A DNA stretch of 64,000 nucleotides from Octopus sinensis (Eukaryota), in NCBI RefSeq assembly GCF_006345805.1, contig NC_043017.1:27838001-27902000 (forward strand), in the 5' to 3' direction. Shown one piece after another: positions 54,357-64,000 of the stretch. Under the pieces are notes generated by a model that saw only the letters and a program-made list of their open reading frames with translations, searched no databases and was not told the DNA's origin. The position numbers and the translations under genes were made by a program. Every line of letters begins with the position of its first letter. Within the stretch, counting starts at the first letter, position 1.

Positions 54357-55515
54357 GTGCTATTTACATTGTCTTGTTAAAGTTATTAAACATCCTGGTG
54401 AACACATTGCTTAAACAGCCTCTGCATACAAGGGTGTGAAGTTATTGGATATAACAGTTTACATATCAAACGCATTCATGCATCTGGTATGCAAGAATTT
54501 ATAATTTGTAGGTACGTGGTATTTCGTTCTGCAACTGTAATATACTGTAAAATACACTATATGTTTTCATAAGTCAAGATATTTTCCAAGAAAAAGAGTT
54601 CGCGACGCAACTTTTCATCGCTGACCAAGTCAGCAAGTTTGATCAAGGTTGGTTAGCTTAATAACAGGCACAGTCCGTCTGTCGATTTTAGCACTCGAAG
54701 AATGGATTGACTAATGTCCGTAAAGATTATCGCTTTTAAAATTTGCCTGGTCTACTATAAAGTCTCTGTAATAACATCAAAAATCTGTACAGTTCATAGG
54801 TTTCTAAGAAATTGCCGCTAGATATCGGTACAATTATCAGAAAATTATTCTATTGTAAATGGGAAAGGTACTTTGGATCGTCTGCTCCTTAATATATTCT
54901 AATGGGAAAAGATGGTATAATAAAGGTTTGGCTTTCTTGATAATTCCCGATGACAATCGATCTGGTGATGAAAAACTAAAAAAATATAAGGAATGTTAGT
55001 TACAAAAACATGCAGAGCAAAATTGAAGTTATATAAATACGTAAATATCCAGAAGCATAGTCACATAAAAATGCATGTATGTATGTATGAGAGCTTGTAT
55101 ATATTTGTATATATACGCTTCCATTTGTATGCATACACATACCTATATATCTTGTTGTAGAGTTGCATGTTGTAATTGTTCTATTGCCGTATCGTATGGT
55201 GGATTCGATTCCTAAATCGAGCGATGTGTTCTCTTACATTGTACAACAATGGCACCGCTGAAGCAGACGCTTTGCTATTTCAGGCTTAATACTTATATAT
55301 GTCTGCTTTATGGAATGAAGAAGCGTGAAGTGTACTTAGTATCTAATGATACGAGGATGGTGCGTCCAATTGGGAGACCACGAGACTTCAACATTTCTTA
55401 TACGTATTAATTAAATAACTTGAAATGATCTCAGATAAAAGTGTATTCAAAGCCATTACCTTTATGTCACATGCGTCCATATGTACACACAGCCAGAATG
55501 TAAACAAATGTATAC

Positions 55516-55580
<65 letters not shown>

Positions 55581-56395
55581 ATTATATTGGTGTGAGAAAG
55601 TGATCTCTACAATTCAGTCATGTTGTGATCCAAGATGTAAAGGTGTTCTAAGTGATAGGCTTGATGATTGGTGAAGGAATTCAGTCGACAAGAAACCATT
55701 GGTAGCCTTATTAACCAATCACTAAGGTATATACATGCACACATACACACACACACACACACACATACACACATAAATATATGTACATATGTATATATAA
55801 CCATACTCACACGTAAGCGGATCTGTATGTACTTATTTACGGTCGGATGAATACATATGTATATTCTTACAGTTTTATATACATGTATTAAACACCCATT
55901 CACAACCATATATTTAATATATAAGCAGCAGAATGAAGAAATTCCATTAACCGAAACGATCGCATTAGTGTGAAACTGGACGGATGTAATTACGTGATTT
56001 TAACGGGAATTATATGGGTTTACAATTAAAAAAATAATTAATCATATTTAATATTTGAGGGAAAATTATTAGGTTTCATTTGCATGCCATTTTATCAAAA
56101 TTTGAAAAGTCTATAATGAGAAAGCACATTGGAATTGTTATCGCTACGCAGGAGTAATATAGAGTATATAATTGATATCCATAATAGGATATATATATAT
56201 ATATATAGTAGTTCTAATCGTGTAATTAGGGAATGTACGGAAGTACGCAATGCATGATGAATGTAAAATAGAAATATGTATTTCAGGTAAGATTTTATAA
56301 AGCACACAAAACGAGAGGCACATGCATACACACATACATACCTACATACATATATATATATATATATAATTATATATATATATATATTATATTAA

Positions 56396-56543
56396 ATTAT
56401 ATTAAATTAGAGATAAAACCACTATTAGGCAAATCAAACAGTGAAAAACATAAGCCAATACATAAAATTAATTTAAAAATATAAAAGTTTTAAAAATAAA
56501 ATTTTTTTTAATAATTTAAAATTACAAATATTTTTATATATAT

Positions 56544-56606
<63 letters not shown>

Positions 56607-56890
56607 CAAATATATATATATACAAATATATATATATAAAATATATATATACATATATATATATATTTGTATATATATATATATATAAAATTTATAATTT
56701 TAAATTATTTAAAAAAATTTTTATTTTTAAATTAACTTTAAGTATTGGCTTATGTTTTTCACTGTTTGATTTGCCTAATAGTGGTTTTATCTCTAAGTTA
56801 ATATAATATAATATTTATACTATGAAATTGGATTTAAAACTTAAAACTAATTTTTCCCTGTAAGTTTGGATTTATTCCCTAATATTATTA

Positions 56891-56923
<33 letters not shown>

Positions 56924-57165
56924 TTGTATATATATTATATATATAAAATTTATAATTTTAAATTATTTAAAAAATTTTTATTTTTAAATTTTATATTTTT
57001 AAATTAACTTTAAGTATTGGCTTATGTTTTTCACTGTTTGATTTGCCTAATAGTGGTTTTATCTCTAATTTAATATAATATAATATATTTATACTATGAA
57101 ATTGGATTTAAAACTAAAACTAATTTTTCCCTGTAAGTTTGGATTTATTCCCTAATATTATTATA
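56396..57165. repeat. Same palindromic family, expanded: one left arm and two tandem right arms
   Basis: Left arm 56396-56461; right arms 56742-56807 (1 mismatch) and 57014-57079 (none seen); tandem period 272 bp. Confidence 0.85.
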
Positions 57166-57253
57166 TATATATATATATACATATATATACATATGTACGT
57201 GTATATATACATATATAGATACATTATGAATATTTATACATATACGTAAAATA

Positions 57254-57293
<40 letters not shown>

Positions 57294-58213
57294 CACATAC
57301 ACATATATATATATATACTTGAATATTTGTATGCATAAGTTGTTATGTAGCTTTGTGTGTGCAGAGTTATGGAAGTACACCTCGTGAATATAAAATTATC
57401 CAAATTTAATACGAAATGGGAGCAAATGAAATTTATATCACGATGCAGATGCATATACATACATGTATACATGCATGAATAAACAGATGTGTGTTTTGTG
57501 TGTGTGTGTGTGTTTATTTTTGTGTGTGTAGTTTAGTAGTGATGTCCCAAATGATCTTTGTACAGCCAGTTGATTAACTTCAATCATGGATACATCCTCT
57601 TTAGCGAGCATAATATAAATGATAATTCGTTTACCTCGTATGCAATACACTCCTCCTATAACATATTAGAAATCGCGGTGAGATGGCCGATACAATTTCT
57701 GTATAAAGCAAAATAAGTTACTAATTATGCGATGTAAAGCAGTCGATGAAGGGAATTTAAAACGTATTTTTAGTGCTACATAGGTTTGAAATGAAGCATC
57801 AAACGGAAGTTACGTTAATGTCAAGTATTATAAAGACGTACGATCTTTCTTCATCTTGGATACTTTGTTACCTGTTCCTTACACTTTCGTTGTAGAAATA
57901 CTAAAATCGAAAGAAAATTCTATATTTTCAACAGTGCAAATGGAGAGTGAATACATAACTAGGTCAAGGTAGCAATGATTTATTTTTCTCTAACCTAAAT
58001 AGATAGCTATGTGAATTAGTGAAGCTCCAGACTTAACGTAAAGGATTTAATTTTTGCAGGAGTAGATACAGTTTGCCAAATTTTGATCAGCACACATTTA
58101 AAGCAGAAGACACATCACCAACTTGCTGCGCTATTCGGTAAATTCGAAACAACGTAATATCGAAACATGTATCGTAAACACACGTCCATACATTTACAAC
58201 TTCACTTGTTATC

Positions 58214-58245
<32 letters not shown>

Positions 58246-59149
58246 CACACACACACATACACATAGCAATATCGATACGAACAAGCACACAACACACCAC
58301 ACACACCACACACACACACACACACAACCACCACATATATATTATATATATATAATATATATATACACACACACAAAAATAGCGTGTGTGTGTACATGCT
58401 TCTATATCTTATGAAGGTATGTTATTTTAATCATCTATCTATTCAAATTTGTATGACCGCGATTGATGTTTCCCATGTATATATCGTTATATGTATACAT
58501 ACTTATATACACAGATACACACACACATACATACATATAATAATATATATATTATATATATATATATATAAATTTATATATGTGCCTTTTGATATTTGTT
58601 TATAAATGCGTTCTTTTAATATATATTTATATTTACGAGTAGTTTCCATGAAAAATTTTTTAATTCAATAAATTATTTCATTCTGCATTTTTATTTACGA
58701 TCTTTTATTTTCACAAAGCCGTATAAGATTTCCTTTTTCTCTCTGATTTCCTTCTGACAACATACATGTTTTACCACGATCTAAGTATTTCTCGCAACGC
58801 TGAAATAGAGGGAAGCAAAAAAATGATGATGATAAAACGAAAAGCACCATGATTCTTTTATGCCTTCGCCTTACTTTGTAACTTCAATATATCCTAACAT
58901 ATCTCATTCAACTTGTTTGCGAAGAAAATGGTTATTTATAGTGGTGAACAGGAATATCTTATTGTTGTCACGAATAGAGTTGGATGAAGTTGGATATGGT
59001 AATATGTTAATTCCCAGAACACGTGATTCGTATTGAGTCGATCGTATAATCGATCGGTATCTTGCACATTCAATAGCGAACCTCTGGGATTTGCCTTCTC
59101 AGAAATTACGAAAATATGTCTGTCTAAACATACGCACATAAACATTCCC

Positions 59150-59189
59150 CTCTATATATACATATATATGTATATATATAATATATTAT

Positions 59190-59221
<32 letters not shown>

Positions 59222-62200
59222 CATATATTATATTCTTTTATTCATATATATATATATATTTATTATTCATTATTTATATATATAGTTATATATATATATA
59301 TATGTTTATTTATATATATATTTATATATATATATATAATTTTATTTATATTATTTATATATATATATATATATATATATTTATTCATTTATTTATATAT
59401 ATATATGTTTATTTATATATATATATATGTTTATTTATATATATATATATGTTTATTATTTATATATATATATAATTATTTTTTATATATATATAATATG
59501 TTTATTTATATATATATTTATGTTTATTTATATAATATATATATTCATTTATATTATATATATATGTTTATATTATATATATATATATATATAATATGTT
59601 TATGTAATAATATATTATATATTATTATATATATATTTTATATAATAATATATTCCTTTATTTATAATATATATTCATTATTTATATATATTATTCATTT
59701 ATTTATATATATATATATTCATTTATTTCTGTATATATATCTATTCATTATTTATTTATATGTATATATTCATTTATTTATATATATATATCACATTTAT
59801 TTATATCTATATATATTCATTTATTTATAGATATATATTCATTTATTTATATATATATATATTCATTTATTTATATTATATATATATATTCATTCATTTA
59901 TATATATATATATTCATTCATTTATTTTTATATATATATTCATTTATTTATATATATATATATTCATTTATTTATATATATATATATATTCATTTATTTA
60001 TATATAATATGTATATGATTTTGATTTATTTGATTTTTGATTTCGTTTCAGCTCATGAGCTGTGGCCATGCTGGGGCACCGCCATTTGTTTGCTACATGA
60101 TTTTACCTCACGAAGCTTTTTAGCAACTGCCATTTGGTGCGGAGAGTTCGATGCAGCTGCCCTCATCTGCACCTCCTGCCGTGAAGTTGGTTCATCCGGG
60201 ACACCTGACAGGAAGAGATCCAGTCCTACTTTAAAGACATCCGCATCTACACCATGCAGGTCCCTCAGGTTCTTCGGGAGATATTGAAGAGCTGTGGGCC
60301 TCTGAACCCCAGACTATCACAGTATCTTGTCCTACATCTTGATGGCAAATTCGGAGTCCTTGGTACCACGCAGTGGCGCCCGGTTCTGGCATTTGTGTGA
60401 CTCCCGATGCCAAAGTTTGGGACAAGTCCTTCCAGGATCTTCCAGATAAATATTATGGCATATCTTTCTCGCCTACGCTCCAAGGAATAGAGTTTTAATC
60501 TCTTGAGTCTTTCCCAGTAGCTTATATGCTGCACAGAGGCTATCTTCTTCGTGTAGCTTCGTTGGATCGCCTCAAATTCTGTGATCAACTTGACACTGGA
60601 TGGTGACCATAGCTGAGAGCAATAGTCAAAGTGGCTTAGGACAAGTGTCTTCCAGAGGACCATCATGGTTTCTTTTTTGTCTTGTTCTAAAGGTTCTAAG
60701 AATCCATCTGGCCAGCCGTCTACATTTCATTGCCAGTTTAGCAACATGTACATGAAAGGTCGCGTCATCACTCATGTGAATACCCAGGTCACGCACTGAT
60801 TGTGCCTCTGGGATTGCAATCCCTCCGGGTCCAGTGTATTCATTGGGTATTGCATTCAGTTTTGCATACTGATAGCATAAAGCTTGAAACTTTTCAGCAT
60901 TGAACTGCATGCTATTTTTTTCAGCCCACTTGTATATTTTGTCCAGCTCACATTGCAGGTGCTTAGTGTTTTCAGGGTTCTGTATTGCCTGTGAAACTTT
61001 TGTATCATCTGCATAACTTGTGATCGTGGATCTCTGTGTGGCTGAGGGCATGTCTGAAAGGGCCATTATGAACAGTAGTGGTCCCAAAACATTGCCCTGC
61101 GGAACACCGCTCACTATTTGCGTGTTAATGGCTACTACCACCTGACTTCTATTCTTCAGAAAGTCATGAAGCCATTCTCCCGATTTTCCAACTACGCCAA
61201 GATCACGCAGTTTGTGACATATCATTCCATGATCGACTTTATCAAAGGCCTTTGCAAAGTCGAGATATATCACTTCCACATTGTGTGGATGAGCAGTCGT
61301 TTCAGCACCCAGTCCCAGTCAGTGTTGTAGGAGCTGAGTTAAGCAGCTTCTTCCTAGTCGGAAACCATGTTGGGTGTCAGGCAGCAAGTCATTTTCTTCA
61401 AGGAAGGTGATTAGTTTCCTTCTGACAATTCGTTCCATGACCTTGCTGATGTGTGAGGTCAGAGAGATAGGTCTGTAGTTCTTGGCCTCCGTTCTGCTAC
61501 CTCCTTATGAATAGGGCATATTTTACCCTTCCTTCAGTTTTCTTGGAGTTTGCCAGTTGCAAAAGCTCTGAAAGAGAGACTGCAGTGGTCTTGCTAGGAC
61601 TCTCTTACATACTTTTAGAAGGATTGCCGGGAATCCATCGGGGCCGTAGCTGAGTTTGTTTCATCTCATCTATAGCCTTTATTGCATCGTCTTCCTTATA
61701 TTGATATATATATTCATTATTTATATATATATATATATATCGTATATATATATATATATATATATTCATTTATATTATATATATATATATATATATGTAT
61801 ATATGATATATTCATTTACATATATAATATATTCATTTATATATATATATATTCATTTATATATATATATATATATATATATCTATATATATATATTCAT
61901 TCATTTATATATATATATATATTCATTCATTTATATATATATATATTCATTCATTTCTATATATATATATATATATATTCATTCATTTATATATATATAT
62001 ATATTCATTCATTTATATATATATATATATATATTCATTCATTTATATATATATATATATTCATTCATTTATATATATATATATATATATTCATTCATTT
62101 ATATATATATATTAATTCATTCATTTATATATATATATATATATTCATTCATTTATATATATATATATTCATTTATTTTATATAGATATTATTATATTAT

Positions 62201-62540
62201 ATATATATATATATTCATTCATTTATATATATATATATTTCATTATTTATTATATATATATTATTTATTTATTATATATATCATTTTATTTATATATATA
62301 TAAATTCATTTATTTATATATATATATATTCATTTATTCTATATATATATATATTCATTTATTTATATATATATATACTATTCATTTATTTTATATAATA
62401 TATTTATATATATATATATATTTATTCATTTATTTATATATATATATTTATATATATATATATATTTATTCATTTATTTATATATATATATTTATAAATA
62501 TATATATATTTATTCATTAATTTATATAAATATATATATA
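59150..62540. repeat. Degenerate (TA)n/ATTCATTT satellite split by the LINE insertion
   Basis: The same motif composition occurs on both sides of the LINE (59150-60015 and 61706-62540). Confidence 0.85.
60016..61705 (-). mobile_element. 5'-truncated, frameshifted non-LTR retrotransposon (CR1/L2-group LINE), reverse transcriptase plus 3' tail
   Basis: Minus-strand translation gives NYRPISLTSHISKVMERIV, HGFRLGRSCLTQLL, YLDFAKAFDKVDH, GVPQGNVLGPLLF, YADD (61004-61015), DLGIHMSDDATF and LERRRERYAII. The RT is split over ORFs 60626-61279 and 60265-60666 by frameshifts. The 3' end (60016-60085) is a hairpin followed by a TCAAA-like simple-repeat tail. Confidence 0.93.
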
Positions 62541-62695
62541 TTTATATATATACATATATAGATATACATGAACACGCAAATCTAGTTTCTTACATAACTA
62601 CTTACCTATAATTATTTATAGGTCAATATCTCTATTCCTTTCTAATATTCGTGGGCATACAAGCGGCTATGTCTTTGGGTCCACCTCTCACCCCG

Positions 62696-62726
<31 letters not shown>

Positions 62727-62966
62727 CTCTCTCTTCCTCTCACCATTTATATATACATACACACATACAGTAATACTTTGTCACACCGACACACATACGT
62801 ATATTCAAACATGCATACATACATACATACATACACGCACACATGTATATACATATATATAAACATATATATATATACATACACACATATATATATAAAT
62901 ATATATATATAAACATATATATACATATATATACACACATATATATATATACACACACATTAATAT

Positions 62967-63016
<50 letters not shown>

Positions 63017-63687
63017 ATACTATATATATATGTATAGGATGTAAATATATATATATATATATCACTTATTTGATACTGACACATTATTGCATAGGCGCCA
63101 TTACGATTACCGCAATAGTGTTTGAGCATTAGCAATAGCAGCAGCAGCAATAGTAGCAGTAGTATTAATAGTCATTGCCATTATTGCGTTGATAGACATT
63201 ATTCTTTGAGTCACATTTATATTGTTCCATGTCGTGCAAGTATCATTTTCGTTTCCTTTTGCTATTGACTACTCGTAAGGCAGGTGGATTGTATCCTCAC
63301 TTATTGTCTTCGCTTATATTCCACCTATTCACACAATCAACCGTATTGCTACTACTACTAATATATCTAGCTGAAAGCAAGCTACGCATTCATTGGTCGA
63401 TCTTGTGTTTCTAGCCTTCAGGTTGAAATGGCTGTTTCGTTCCAAAATTTAAAGTCTGACATGATAAATATATATCTATTCATTTTTCAATTAATGAAAA
63501 TGATATATATATATCTATATATATATATATATATATAATATATATGTGTGTGTGTTTGTGTATCTTTGTATATATGTTATTTACATACATACATATATAT
63601 ATATGTGTGTGTATCTTTGTATATATGTATAATACATCATACATATATATATATATATATATATGTGTGTCTATTATATATATGTAT

Positions 63688-63721
<34 letters not shown>

Positions 63722-64000
63722 TATGTGTGCGTGTATCTGTGGTATATATGTATATACATACATACATATATATATAAATATATACTATATACATATACAT
63801 ATATATATATATATATAAATATATAAACTGATATGTTAAACACACGTGCAAATATGGATTACGGTCACAAGTTCAGTCCACTGTGGGTCAGGTACTGGGT
63901 TAATTAGTATATAAGATTGATTGGATTATGACTTACCGAGCAAACATTCTCGAGGCATTTCCTGGAAACTATTCTAAAAACTACTGAAAGAATATCCTGA

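Noticed and set aside
54885-54985. Minus-strand RLSSGIIKKAKPLLYHLFPLE resembling a BEL/Pao C-terminal motif
   Set aside because: One short motif only, with no adjacent integrase sequence recognisable.

Overview
Very AT-rich, microsatellite-saturated animal genomic DNA. The repeat families look like those of an octopus or related coleoid cephalopod; this is an inference from repeat sequences, not a database result. Almost all ORF-track entries are translations of (TA)n/(TG)n/trinucleotide tracts or SINE sequence and are not genes. No intact protein-coding gene, rRNA, tRNA or CRISPR array can be supported. Supported features: about 17 copies of one tRNA-headed SINE with an internal microsatellite (called SINE-A here), several other tRNA-headed SINEs (SINE-B, -C, -D, some with clean TSDs), a decayed CR1/L2-type LINE RT (60.0-61.7 kb), an RLE-type non-LTR retroelement 3' end (27.7-28.2 kb), a Ty3/Gypsy integrase relic (11.6-12.3 kb), a Tigger/pogo deletion derivative (10.5-11.0 kb) and Penelope-like terminal fragments carrying minimal hammerhead motifs. 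Best leads: (1) two plus-strand YAG|GTRAGT junctions that look like recursive-splicing points (37269, 40700); (2) hammerhead motifs, including a family with a non-canonical CUG-U-R-GA core; (3) a LINE/SINE-A pair sharing a 3' tail whose hairpin is conserved in structure but not sequence; (4) a recurring built-in palindrome family and several inverted repeats that would give long dsRNA if transcribed; (5) SINE-A acting as a seed for microsatellite expansion and as a landing pad for Penelope-like fragments. Candidate exons on both strands are speculative.
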